DNA of 64,000 bases from Podarcis erhardii. Taxonomy: Eukaryota. The notes beneath the pieces are model-generated. The model did not search any database, was not told where the DNA came from, and saw only the letters and a program-made list of their open reading frames with translations. The DNA is taken from NCBI GenBank assembly GCA_964252035.1, contig OZ176209.1, one strand, 5' to 3'. Made by a program: the position numbers and the translations under genes. How positions within the stretch are numbered: position 1 is the first letter of the stretch; each line of letters starts with the position of its first letter. Positions 14,069 to 27,343 of this stretch are shown piece after piece.

Positions 14069-14294
14069 CAGTGGCACCTTGGGTTATGAATTTAATTTGT
14101 TCCAGAGGTCCGTTCTTAACTTGAAACAGTTCTTAACCTGAGGTGCGCTTTCGCTAATGGGGCCTCCTGTTGCTGCTACACCGCTGGCACGCGATTTCTG
14201 TTCTTATCCTGGGGCAAAGTTCTTAACCTGGAGCAACCACTTACTGGTTAGCGGAGTTTGTAACCTCAAGAGTCTGTAACCCGAGGTAACACTG
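14069..14294 (-). mobile_element. Tc1/mariner (Tigger-like) MITE family A
   Basis: TA|cagtggcacc...taacactg|TA. Reverse complement of the copy at 27344. Confidence 0.9.
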
Positions 14295-14315
14295 TAGTAG
14301 GGCTAGCGATTACTC

Positions 14316-14450
14316 CAGGTTTCCCAAATCTGGTATACTTAAAATGTTTTAGACTACAACTTCCCATCATCTATGACCATTGGTCATGCTGGCTGGGTTT
14401 AATGGAAATTGTAGTTCAGATATCTAGAGGGCACCAGATTGAGGGACACA
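14316..14450. mobile_element. hAT-type ~135-bp MITE, degenerate
   Basis: Core gactacaacttcccatcatc...ggaaattgtagttc...ctagagggcaccag is shared with the 31221 and 33518 copies. Confidence 0.7.
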
Positions 14451-14760
14451 GGGTTAGGCCAATAAACCCCCAAATTTTCTAGATCCTTTGAAAAAGATAG
14501 TTGGCCTTCTAATGTTATGGAGTGTGTGTGTGTTGTTTATCTTTTGATAGACAATTTCATGTTTGAATTACTGTGTGAAATTAATTGTTTGAGTGTGAGT
14601 AACTTTCCAACATCTTGTTGTATTAAGACTGATGTATATAATTCGTTTATATCCCAGTAGGTCCCCTGTTTCACTGGTTTGTTGTCCTACAACACATTGG
14701 CTGGTTATTTGATTTTTGTGTTTGATTTAAATAAATGTTTACTATGAGTGTTTGTATCTC

Positions 14761-14985
14761 TGAACATAAGAACTGTATTGGATCAGGCCAACGGTACCAT
14801 GCAGTTCAACACCCAGTTTCCAATACTGGCCAGACGGGCAACATTGGTCAACCAGGAAGCCCACAACCAGGGCCTGAAGACAAACAATCTCCATTTGTTT
14901 TCCCTTGAGCAATTGCAGTTCAGAGATATTTTGCCTCTGAACTTGGAGGCAACATTCACCGGTCTCAGCTAATAGATGTGATGGC
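14761..14985 (-). mobile_element. CR1 LINE 3' end
   Basis: gaacataagaac...ggatcaggccaacgg...gcctctgaac...ggaggca matches the reverse-strand squamate CR1 3' terminus. Confidence 0.7.
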
Positions 14986-16672
14986 CACTGGAAGAGTGTT
15001 TTTTTGTAGTACAGTATATATTGAATACTGCAGATTATACTCAAAGAAGTTTACAACAACCTTGCTGTCCAGTATTGGACCCTTATTTCATGCTTGGACT
15101 TGGGCTGGAGTTGAGAGAGTACAACAACCCACAGTGCTATTTTTTTTTTTGCTTTTATCCCTCAATAGCAGGTTGGGCTGAGGCGGCAGTGTAGTTCGCT
15201 GTTATACTCCTTTGCAGGTTGGAGGGTAGCTTGCAGCAGCCGTGCACTATAGTTTATTGTTAATACTGCAGGCCATAGGTGAAACTGAGGCTGCTTTGGA
15301 CGCCTAGTAAAACAAAAACAAAAAAACCTGAATCTCTCAAGTTGCAGCAAAGGTCAATTTACTTAAATTGCTTCCACACAGACCTCCTCCTCATAGGCCA
15401 AATCAGGCATTCAGAAGCCTCATGCTCCATTGACTTTCATGCAGACTGGTTGCACTTTAAAATGCTCAGAACATAATGAGCATGTTTGTACTTGAAGTGG
15501 AACCCAAGTTAGAGTACCAACCCCTGGTTTTGTCCTTTTTGCTTCTTCAGCCATAAGCTCAGGCAACACACACAGTAATACACTGCATTATTTTCTTGTG
15601 GGGGCCTCACTTGTATTTTCTCTGAATTGTAAAAAAGAAAAAAGAAACACCTGACATTCTTTGATCATTTTGTAGAATCTCTTGAACCATTCTGGATGCT
15701 TTACCTTTTTCCCTTATTGCTTTGTCACTTAGGCTGTGATGCTTTGTTGCTGGGCTTCCCACTTGCTCACAGTCATTCTTGTATTTGGAGCTTTGCAGGT
15801 ACACACTGCAAAGTAACAACCAGGACTTTCTTCTCTGTATGACCGTCATTAACATGACTCTGTGGTCAGTGGGAATGAAATGGGAGATCACACTTCCTCC
15901 ACACAGATCCCCTGTAAGGTCAAACATGAGGGTGGGGCAAAAGCTGCTGAACCAGTTCTGCAGGAAAGAAGCCACTCCCACTGATGCCAGTAGTAGCTGG
16001 TGTGCATGCGCAGTAATGCAAAAACTCCAAAAAGTCAGCATAAAACTAGTCTCCGAAATCCCGGAGCAAAGGCTTAGAAGTAGTGGTATCAATATAAGCG
16101 TGGATGAAAGAGAGGGAGAGAGAGAGAGCGTGCATCACCAAGCAGGCAAGAAGCAAAAATACTGGTTTAAAAACCCACCTTAATGCAGATCAGCCCAGAG
16201 TTAGATGGACCCATGATCTGACTCACTATAAGGCAGCTGTATGAGTTCATATAACTAATCCTCTTTCCATTTTTAAATTAAATTTGACTGGTATTCAACT
16301 TTCTGGGCAATTATTCACTCAAATAGATGCTGAATTTGATAGTGTTCTGGTCACTGTTTCCAAGTGGTTTGAGACATCTTGCGCCATTCTTGCTTAAAAG
16401 AGCCTATTTTTACATTATATAGTAAAAGTTAAAATATTCCGTAACAAAATGGAGAATAAAAATAATCTCTTATGACAAGTCTTCCTCCCCCCCCCCTTCC
16501 TTCTGGTTATCTGTAAAGTATACGCCCATTGTCAGTTTAACAGGGTAGTGCTTGTATAAACATTCTTGTTTCGCCTGTTCCATGTAATAGTTTCTTGTAT
16601 CGTATTTCTTCTGACCCCGCTATCTGAAACCAATTATAGGAGATCCATTTGGGCTGCATCTATTTTCATAAG

Positions 16673-16820
16673 NNNNNNNNNNNNNNNNNNNNNNNNNNNN
16701 NNNNNNNNNNNNNNNNNNNNNNNNNNNNNNNNNNNNNNNNNNNNNNNNNNNNNNNNNNNNNNNNNNNNNNNNNNNNNNNNNNNNNNNNNNNNNNNNNNNN
16801 NNNNNNNNNNNNNNNNNNNN
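16673..16820. other. N run, 148 nt
   Basis: Direct reading. Flanks are unique, non-repeat sequence. Confidence 0.99.
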
Positions 16821-18452
16821 GTCATTTTTCATTTTAACATCTCAAATGCAACAGGCTGATAGGTTAAACATTCCTGTTTTTAACGAAACAATATGAATGA
16901 CATCTGTTTTCTTTTAGAAAAAAAATCAAAAAAGAGGAAAACAACATATTTATAAAATAATTCAGTAATTTGTACATATTAAACAATTTCAGTCCTGCCT
17001 AACACCAAAAAAGAGGTGTAATTAAAACATGTAAAAATGTAGCTCCTGAATATGCACGTAACAGGAACTTGTATGTATACACAGAATCTCAATAACGCTT
17101 AGCTGTAAAATCCAGAGAATCACACTGGCTCCTAAGATTTACAAATCTGGTTAAATATATTATTATTATCTGTTTAAGGTTTTACAATTATCAAGAGTAT
17201 ATCAGTTTATTTGTATGTTGCTTACAAGTTTAGGAGTCACAGCAATATTTACCCGTAAATAGTGTGCAGTAATGTGTTCCCAAAGCCACATGATCAATAT
17301 TTTGTGTAATATTGCCTGTTCTGGACACCTGTTGTCCAGAATGGTATTATAACTATAATCCAAATCCTCAGTGGCTTTATTGTTTTAAGCTGTCACATGT
17401 TCCATACTTTTACTGAATTAGATTGCTTTGTTAAGTAAAAATGCTACTTAATTCCACACAGATGTTTTTGGAATTTGGACATGACCACCCCACAAACCTC
17501 TAAACTGCTACTCATTTCTAAACTGCTCGTTTTCAGTGAAAATTTGCAATTTGTTTCATCAACCCATTTTGCAAGTTTTTGCTAATTGCGTTAAAGGGCA
17601 GACAGATCTTCATATAAGTTTACAGAATGGGAGACTGGACCTTCTCAGTACTGTAATAGTGCAACCCTGGACTTTGGAGCGCTTTCCCCAGGAAGGCATG
17701 TCTGGCGCCAAGTTAACTATCATTTCTGCACCAGGAAAATCATTTTTATTCTTCCAGGCTTATGGGCAGCTTTAATGATAGCTGCTCAATCCAGGCTTTA
17801 GTGTGTGTTTACTAATATTATATACAGTTTTAATTCTTTTCTCATGTTTTCTTATATTAGAGATACTGCAAATTGTTTTGAGCCCCCCCCCCATGTAAGT
17901 ATATGATACTTAAATGATACACAAATCTTACCAAATCAAATTATCCTCAGTTTTGAAAGATGCACTAATTCCATCATATACTAAGCAGTGACAAATTCCA
18001 TACATCATTCATAGCTCACTCATTTATCATGGATTTAATATGAGTAAGTGAATTGACAAAAGGAGAATTTAAGGTACTCGTCTCTATTTGTTTACCATAC
18101 ATACTTGCATAATTTTATTTATATGTCTCCTTTCCATAGTTCAAACCATGCTCAAAGTGAAAAAATACATTACAACATAACAAAAGCAGCCATAAACAAT
18201 AAATAAAACACCAGAAAAAACACAACCAAATTGGAACAGCTCCCAAATAAATCATAAGATCCAAAATAAAGATACAAAAATATCAATAATAGCAACAACC
18301 CGCACAACAGAAACACTTAAAGCCCAGCCCAAGAGTCTACAACCGCAATCTGTATTTCTTACAGTATTCCAGTTGTCAGCTTTTCTAAGATACCCTTTCA
18401 TACAAATTTAACATTTTAATTCGCATTTAGCGATTGAACACACAAGTTTAAG

Positions 18453-18732
18453 ACAGGAGAAGGGTGCTCCTTTTGCATATAAAATATCCCAGGTTCAGTC
18501 CTTGGGGTTCCAGGTAGGAAACCCCTCCAGTAACATGGAGATCCACTTTCTGTCAGTGGTAGAGCATCATTCCACACCCTGGTGTCCCCCAAATGTTCTG
18601 AACTACAAATTTCATCAGCCACAACCAACATGACCAGTGGTCAGGAATGTCTAGAACATCTGGAGGGCACCAGATGAGAGAAGTTCTGAGCCAGGTGGCC
18701 CAATGATCTTTTTCAGTATAAGGCAGCTTCCT
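18453..18732 (+). mobile_element. Squam2-like tRNA SINE interrupted by a hAT MITE (18565-18688)
   Basis: Head ctttgcat...cccaggttcagtccttgg and tail cagtataaggcagcttcct are separated by a copy of the 135-bp MITE. Confidence 0.65.
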
Positions 18733-19710
18733 GATAGGGGCATGTGCCATGGTTGTTTTGCTTTCATTTCTTACATGCACATTGCTGAGACTGGCTCCTT
18801 GTTCTGTAAACCAGGGATTGCTGTAAACCACTGTACCAGATCAAAGGGATGGAATGAGAAGCTGTCAGAGGTTGTGTGCACATTACAGTTTACTCTACAT
18901 CAAGTGTGCTCCATTGCTAGGTTTGGAAGCCACATACACACAATATTAGCCACATCCATATTGATGCTGTAGCTTCTTGAGAAATGCTGCTGTTTGGTGC
19001 ATTTCCCCCTTCCATCCAATTAGAAGACGTAAGCCATATTCGCTTTGCAGTTAAGCCAAGGGGTGTACATTAGAGACACCAGCAGATAGGTGCACAGATG
19101 ACAGCTTCATGAATAGGTGTTATGGGGGAGCTTTCCTCAGGTGGGGAAAGCAAACAGGTAATGTGCATCGGGGTATAGACACCTCTTCCTCCTCTGTGCT
19201 TTGCACGATGCAAATGTGCTTTGAAACAGGGGAAACAGCCTCATGGTGTTTTAAGCTGCCAATGTGTACATAGCCTGGGAGACAACCTTGGCCATATTCT
19301 TCTCCTAAAAGCCCACTGCCCCATCCCTTGATGGTGCTTCCAAGCCTCCACGGTACTACTGTAAACCTGTAGCTACCACTCTGCAATCTAAAATATTTTT
19401 TGGCTTAATATAGGCAGACATCTCTTTAGGCTCAGGAATAAATGAGAGGCCTGCCTTTCCTCAGCAAGCTTTGTGATCCTCTTTTAAAATCTGTTGCACT
19501 TGAATTTAAAGCAAGCTAGGGTGGTTTCATAGGGCTCGTTCTGGTCTGCAATTACTTGAAAAACCCAAGAAAACAGCAAGAGGATTGTTGTGGGTATGCG
19601 TCAGCCACGTACTGGTGCCTTTTACAGGCGGACAAATCTGTGTTCTTAGGAGCTGGCGATAGTGCGTGCAGTTTGTTTACTTTGGTTTGCTGTGTCTGCG
19701 TGCTTTCTCA

Positions 19711-19924
19711 NNNNNNNNNNNNNNNNNNNNNNNNNNNNNNNNNNNNNNNNNNNNNNNNNNNNNNNNNNNNNNNNNNNNNNNNNNNNNNNNNNNNNNNNNN
19801 NNNNNNNNNNNNNNNNNNNNNNNNNNNNNNNNNNNNNNNNNNNNNNNNNNNNNNNNNNNNNNNNNNNNNNNNNNNNNNNNNNNNNNNNNNNNNNNNNNNN
19901 NNNNNNNNNNNNNNNNNNNNNNNN
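19711..19924. other. N run, 214 nt
   Basis: Direct reading. Confidence 0.99.
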
Positions 19925-20535
19925 TATCTTTAAAAAAGCAGCTCATTTGAGTCTAATCAGAACTATACCTTTCTTTACCAGTTTGGCAATTTTAGGGTGC
20001 ATACTGTTCAGGTAATCATTGCTCTGTATTTGCAAATAGTTTTCTGTGCCAGTTCTACAGAAAATAAAATAAAACGTAGTTTTAATATTTTCAGATCACA
20101 AAGTAGCAACTTACTGGATTTGTTATATGATAGAAAAGTGAATGAAGGAGGCTTAGTAGTTTCTTATAGTTGGTTTTGAAGGGTTCCTTTAAAAAAAAAA
20201 AAAAAAAGACTTTACTATCCACATTAGTTGTTCCGCTTGTGTAGACCACATTTTAAAGTTAGCTATTTTCCTGGTAATTGGCATCTTTCTCTTGTGCACA
20301 GTTTTGTTTTACTTAATTCAAATGCAAAGATTTTTTTTAATGCTATATTTTGATTGCAGTGCTATCACCCACAGAAGCTAATCTGATTGGCTAGGTAGTG
20401 ATTTCTTTGTTCTCAGAGTTTACGAAGAATGCAAATGAAAGCCTCTTAATTTTATTTGGCATTAAAACTCCACTTTATTTTGTCAAACAAGAGGTTTCCC
20501 CTTGAATTGTAAGTACAAAAAAGTGTTTTTAATCT

Positions 20536-20683
20536 NNNNNNNNNNNNNNNNNNNNNNNNNNNNNNNNNNNNNNNNNNNNNNNNNNNNNNNNNNNNNNNNN
20601 NNNNNNNNNNNNNNNNNNNNNNNNNNNNNNNNNNNNNNNNNNNNNNNNNNNNNNNNNNNNNNNNNNNNNNNNNNNNNNNNNNN
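20536..20683. other. N run, 148 nt
   Basis: Direct reading. Ends 336 nt upstream of exon 3. Confidence 0.99.
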
Positions 20684-21001
20684 TGTGAGCATTTTAGCTG
20701 AACACTTAAAGACAAGTTCCTTGTGGAGATGAGGCTATTGATGCGGTTTATGATTTTTCCTCTTCAAGCACTTTATACAAATTAATGCTATTTCCTTGAG
20801 GATTTGTTGCACATATATACTTTTTCACAATATTTCGCATAAGTACTTTCCATTTTCTTTAAACACACCAAGAAAATTCCACATAAAGTCTTCTGTTTTC
20901 AGATTGTATAAGGGAAGATCAAATTATGCTTGAAAGTTAACATGGGGTAAGTTACAAGCAATAACATTTTCAATTAAATGTTCAAAAATGATTTACCTTG
21001 A

Positions 21002-21139
<138 letters not shown>

Positions 21140-22573
21140 TAATCGCTGTAGCACTCAAGTACACCTAAATATAGGTATACAGCTGTACCTTGTTGCATTC
21201 TTGCATATTTACATTTTTGCAAATGGCTTTAGCTTTACTATTAGAACTGTAATTTATTAAGAAACGTTACTACGCAAGAAGAACCCCTTTTATAGAAGCT
21301 TGTACTGGCTTAAAAGGTCACACAGAGTGAAGCAGAACAATCTCGGGTCCAACAGGCGCTATACAAATAATCTTCCTACAGATAGCTGGGGAATTTTGTG
21401 CACATTCTTCACTCTGAACACTTGGTTGTAAAGTGGCAATTTTTCAGGAATGGAAAGCTTTCAGAACAATTATCTGAATATGCAAAGAGCAACCCCTCCT
21501 GCTATTAGAACGATGTATTTTATCGAACTGGTTGTGTGTTAAGGGCTCCCCCCGCCCTTTCTTCATATTGTGTAAGGATCCAAAAAGAATGTTTTTATCA
21601 TGTGCTTCAGCTATTGTTCATAATATTTAATAGAAAAATACATACAGATTATAAATATAAATCTTGTTAATCCGATGAGGATAGTGGTGGTTTTTTGTTT
21701 TGCTTTTATGGTTGTTTATAAATGACTTAGGTGACATAGCAAAAGGAGTGGAACCAGGCCCTGCTGTCAAAAGCTAGTTCTTACTTGTTTTATGTGAGCC
21801 AAATATTTGTTATTTCACTGCTGAAAAATGGAAGGTTCTTAAAGTGTGCATATATTCCTAGGAGTAGTAATAATGTTGTTCTTCCTCTCACAATACAACC
21901 CATGCTTTTCTTTACTTCCCTCATAAGTATAGAGAAAGTTTTCAAGCTGATGCCATTGTATCTAAACAGGCATTTGAGTGAATTCAGTGTTTCACTTTCT
22001 TTTAAACCAAAGGCTGATTGAAATGTTACAGGCACTGCATGCAGGCTGCCAAAAATGACTTCTAGGTGACCGTGCTTCATGTGATATTTGAAATGTTTGA
22101 AAGCCACTAACCATGTGGTTAGCCGTAATCACAGGGAGTCTCTTTATGCTGGTGCCATGCTGTTGGTAGTGGGGTGGGGAGCCTGCGCTGCCAGCGAAAT
22201 TGTTTTGAGATGCTTAAAGTTGCCACATGGAACGCTGCTGTGTAGAGGTGATTTTTGACAACTTCCATGTGGGACCAAAATGAGAAGTAGAAAATAGGAT
22301 ATTTACTAGGGATGGCAAATATTTTCTGTGGAAACTAGTAATTGGTATTGGGGCGGGGGGATTTGAACCCTATCCAAAAGAAAAAAAGCTTTCAGAGTTG
22401 TACAAATACTGACTTTCCCAACCCTGAGAACATTATTTTCCTTTGGTTCCGTGCCATTTAACCCCTAGGTTGCTGCATTTGTCTCCTTGCTGGCTAGTCA
22501 CGTATATGATCCCACCCAATCATGTAGTGAATGGCGATTGTGTCAAAATGTTGCATAGCTAAATTTGGTGTAG

Positions 22574-22650
22574 TAATAATAATAATAATAATTTATTACT
22601 TGTACCCTGCCCAACTGACTGGGTTGCCCCAGTCACACTGGGCAGTTGAT
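22574..22650 (-). mobile_element. LINE (probably L2) extreme 3' tail with (TAA)n
   Basis: (taa)n tttattacttgtaccctgccc...ctgggttgccccagtcacactgggcag, a common lizard LINE terminus. Confidence 0.65.
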
Positions 22651-23008
22651 GGTGCCACTGACGACAAGTGAAGACAACATAAATAAATAAGTGGACATTT
22701 CCCCAGGGGATGCTGAAATTTTGCTTGGAAAGAAGAGACATATTTGTTACTATTTGAAACTGTGAGTACTTTTCTCTCAGGGTTGCTGTAATACAGCTCT
22801 GTGCTAGACATGCATGGGGACAGGGATTCAGGGCCCTGGATTAGGGCATCCTGTTTGTGCTACATGAAGTAACACCTTACTCCAGGGAATCCATACACAA
22901 ACGGAAGATCCATTGCTGATTATCTTGGGTCATTCACAGATCACTGTGTTGCTCTATGGACCTCTGAACTCTTATCTGCTGAAGATGATAGCCTTGCTGT
23001 TGTTTCAG

Positions 23009-23066
23009 GATGAAAGATGTGAGTAAAGAGCCTCTGATTTTCCCAGTGTTGCCTCTGCAATACTAC
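23009..23066 (+). other. FOXP2: Candidate alternative cassette exon, FOXP2 exon 3a-like (58 nt, premature stop in main frame)
   Basis: ctgttgtttcag|GATGAAAG...CAATACTAC|gtaaaa, exactly 58 nt, 1.9 kb after exon 3. Main frame reads D E R C E TAA. Human exon 3a is described as a 58-bp frameshifting exon in intron 3 (recalled; sequence not compared). Confidence 0.55.
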
Positions 23067-26000
23067 GTAAAATGTAGCATCCAAAGTAGCCCTTACTTCA
23101 GCCTTTCAAATATTACTCCTTGAACAAATAGGATGTTAAAATGAATTCAGAAGTTGTTATCCGAGGATAACAGATGATGTAAAAAGAGAACACAAAGTCT
23201 TCATTCGAACTTCATGATAAACCATGGTTTATTTGAGTGGAAATGAGCCACAGTGAGCCCTGGTGTTGTCTGCTTCCCTGCCTTCCTTCTCTGGCGCAGC
23301 AGCAAGGAGGGATTTGAAGAAGTTTCTTTCATTTTTTATTAATCACAGTTTGTAGATGCATTCAGGCCTCACAGACAGTCATTGCTGGATGGGTTTGTTT
23401 GAAAGAAGCCAACTTCAGATTTTTCTGCAAACCGTAGTTAAGGTTTGCTATAGTTTAGGATCCAAATGTAACACTAAACTGCAGTTAAGCAAAATTAGAA
23501 GTAAAAGCTTGCTTTCTCCTTACAGCTACTCCAGAGGAGAGGGGAGGTAGACCTTGTCCCTATAATGAGGAATAAAGGAGAGCATTTACTGACTTCTAAT
23601 TCTGAGTAAATGCAGTTATACTTTAAAGCTCTGATTTGTCTCTTAAGCTTGGTCTTCTAGTTAAGTAAGTTAAGAAATTAACTTAATATATTTATATGCA
23701 TCTAACATAATTTGAATTGTGACACACATGGGGGGGATAGAGAATTTTATAACGAAACCTTGAAATTTATGTCAAGGGTTGGTGCTGAATATAGCCCACT
23801 GAGTCTGTCTCTAGACAACACCACTCTACCATAGCCATAGCCCTCACCAGTCCTGCTCATTGCTATTCTTAAATGTGTTTGCGTGGCTGGAAAGTACTTT
23901 GAACTGTGATAATGCCTCTTTCTTACCTTCATGGAGTTTGGAGAGATGTATGGGTGTGACCATGTAGAATCTTCTGACTTTTGTGTGGCTAGAATGCAAT
24001 CTGCTGTACAAAGGTAGGCGTCACATCTATTGTTCCCCGCCTCACTATTCTTTATAGTCCCATCCACACTTACCTCTGACCCTGCCCACGCCCAACATAT
24101 GGTTCCCAGATGTTTTCTCATGAGAGTACATGGCCCTCAGGCTAAAAAAAGGTTTGCCTCTCCTGGTTTATATATTTCTGATATTAACTGCAAATACAAA
24201 GCTCTGTGTTGTTCATTGGGTAGTGGAAATTTATATTGAATTTGTGACCCCATGGGTCACAAATAGTGACACTTCCTTTATTTTTGTTAAGCCATATTTA
24301 ATGTTGACTTGTTCCAGTGTTTCACTGATGCAATTGTATTTTTAAAAGAACATTTAAAAGCCTGATGTGCTAGGATTGGTGCAGTCTTAAGCTGCAATCC
24401 TATACTCATTAAACTATAAATGTCATTGAACACAGTAGCTGCATTTGCACAATCAAATCCAGACCACTCAGCCCCTTTGCTCTGGCTTTGCCAGAAGCTG
24501 TTAACCATGATAGAGCCTGCTGGGGAGGATTCCTGATTGTATTGATATTCCTGGTTCACATGTAACAAGAAACTGTGGTTTGCTGTGGCTTCCTGGTTTG
24601 TTCCCTGCTCACACAAAGGGGTGAATGAAGTAGGAGTGAAGGGGATGTGTGCAAACACACTAAACTTGTGAATAATTTGGCTCATTAAGCGAGGATTTAA
24701 TAGTGCAAACTGGGGTTGTGGGACTTAGGGTTACCAAAAGACAGGTACAGAAGGTACAGCTTGCAAGGCCGCCAGACTGATCTTTCATTTTTTTAAAAAT
24801 CAATTCTTTAGCCCTTCTAAAAAGTTATGAAGCAAAATGTGCAGATACCCTTCTAAGTGATTTCTGTATGATGACCAAGCCTGTCTATTGTCACCATTCA
24901 GTATTTTTAGCCAATGAGTGAAATCAGAGCTGTGTTTTGGGGAAACAAGACAATAGGAATCCTTGTTTTTCCTATAAACCAGGATGCCTCATTCCTGTGG
25001 TGCTTTCATCTGAGATCAGGTACTCCCTATAAATTATTTTTTGCTAATTCTACCACATGCAAGTGGATGTTAACGAATCCCCCATTCTGTTCCCAATGAC
25101 AGTGCAAAACTCACTCCTAGGTCAGTGGGTACAGAAGTGCAGCCTTGGTTTTGGTTTAGGGTTGGCATTGAGGGAAGCAGGGTTCTTGTGATTTTAAGAA
25201 GTGTGTGACAGGCAGAAATCCAACAGGTAAAGGTTTTTCTACTATGGAAATACAATTATAGGAAAAGCTTTACCCGTCCACATTCTGTTACACGTTTTAT
25301 GATGCTTGCAACCACTGATTTATTTTGAGGGCCTCAACTCCACCTGCAAAAAAGGACATACATTTACCTACAACACAAAGCATATACACATTTTATATAA
25401 ATCTATGTCCTCTACTACAGCCGGACTGGAGAGCCCAATTCACATACAGAGTGAACTGGGCCCAGAAAATCCTGTAAGCACCCCTTCTTACAATCTAATT
25501 TTTTTACTAGGGTGTAATCCCTGTTGAACACAGTGGAATTTACTTCTGAGTAAATACGCATATAGATTCCAATGTTAAGAGTTTTAATCCAGAAGTAATC
25601 CTCAATGAACTCAGCAGAAGATTCTCAGAAGTAAGCGGGTTTAGGATCAGATTGAAGTAAATGAAGAGGACCAGCATACCCCATCAGCATCTTAAAGGGT
25701 TTCATATTAATGTGTTTCTAATTTCCTCTGTTTTGGCACAACTGACTGATCTGGCAAATGGAGACAGGTTGGAACTGCATTATAAGTCTAATAAAAAAAC
25801 CTAATAAAACTTTATACCTGGCTCACACATCAGCAAGCAAACGGGGAGCATTAGGTAATGTTTGCCATCACATCTCCTGTGTATACCATGTTTTTATTTA
25901 AAGGCAAAGCTGATTTATATAATGTGGTATTTATTTAAATGAAAGTTCTATACAATGCATGTCTTTTTATTATTTTCTAGCAGATAATGGGCTTGGTTTT

Positions 26001-27000
26001 GTTGGCAAATCTGTCAGCTGAAAATTACTGCAAACAATGTAACCCTACACAATGGCAGTTGTAGAAGGGCCCTTTTCCTGTGTTTTTTTTGTGGGGGGTG
26101 GGGGTTAAATCATGTGCATCAAACAACTCTATCAAATATTTCTAGAAAAGTGCAGACTTCCTTCCAAAGCAGTATGTTGGTACTTCTCTTGGAAATTCAT
26201 TTCACTGTGGTCACTTGTACTGCACGTTCATTAAAAGCGGTTAAACTATTGAGCCTTTAATTTTAAAAAATCATCTTTTACTGGACCACAGATAAATGCT
26301 TTGGAGGAATGAATCATAGTTCCCATTAGGACATTTCTATGTTGATAGCAAACTAACAGTGATAGATTGACTGGCTGCTGAGTGTTAAGGCTTTATTGAA
26401 TAAAAATGTGTTAGCCGAAGCAGGGCTTGTGCCTTGAACACCCTGAATTTGACCATGAACTTAAGTTCTGTATGTGTACTGACCATAGACTCACTGTCGT
26501 CAAAGGTTTATTTCTCAGCCTCTTCTTCCATTAAACAGAAAAAGTGGATTTTAAACTCTCCTGAATTTTGGTGCCGCAACCTCAAAAGTAAACTCAAGGT
26601 AAAAACCACATGCACCATGGAAATAGTTTTCCTTAAGCATCTTTGATACCAAAGCTACCAAAAAAGAAAAATACATGTAATATACAATATAAAGTATATA
26701 ACTCTCTGAGTTTTTAAGGAGCTTAATGCACATTACCTCAGTAATCCTAATAACTCTTTTTAATGTAGGTCAGTATTATTTAAATTTGGCAGACTTAGAA
26801 ACACAACTTCAGCTGACCTTTGGGATAGCTATGAAAAGGGGTCAATATAATAATAATAAGTGAATGTTCATATGGCACTTTCACATAATAGAGAGCTGAA
26901 TTTCTGCTCACGTGCTTTTGGTTCTAGACTTTGAGATGTGTTTATGGAGCTTGCCCTCAAAATCTGGCTGTTGGGCTAATGTAGCCTCTTAGACAATGAT

Positions 27001-27135
27001 AGAAAGGACCATGGTTCAGTGACACATCACATACCATGCATTATGCCCCAGGTGCAGTCCTGGGCATCTCCACAGGTGTGCACAAAAGACTGTCTGACAC
27101 TCGGAAGCATCACTGCCAGACTGTTTAGCCAGCAG
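27001..27135 (+). mobile_element. Degenerate tRNA-derived SINE
   Basis: ccccaggtgcagtcctgggcatctcc...cactgccag resembles the Squam2-like body. Confidence 0.45.
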
Positions 27136-27343
27136 TGGGAAATCTCCAGCCTAATTAGATCTGCCAAACTTCCCCATTTGCCCTGTGAAGCCATTTCAAG
27201 CAACCCACTCCCACCTGGCCAACATTTGCCAAAATGTGTATCAGATGTAGAGTAGATGGTGTATTTCTTTTTTATTACTATTTTTTTTTGACACATTTTG
27301 TTATTTGATGATAACTTTTTGTGAGGCAGTGGCTAGAACTGTA

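Noticed and set aside
14748-14972. 74-aa plus-strand ORF
   Set aside because: It is the antisense reading of a CR1 3' end.
15607-16183. Overlapping 161-aa and 134-aa ORFs
   Set aside because: Low-information composition, no domain motif, and both strands open by chance.
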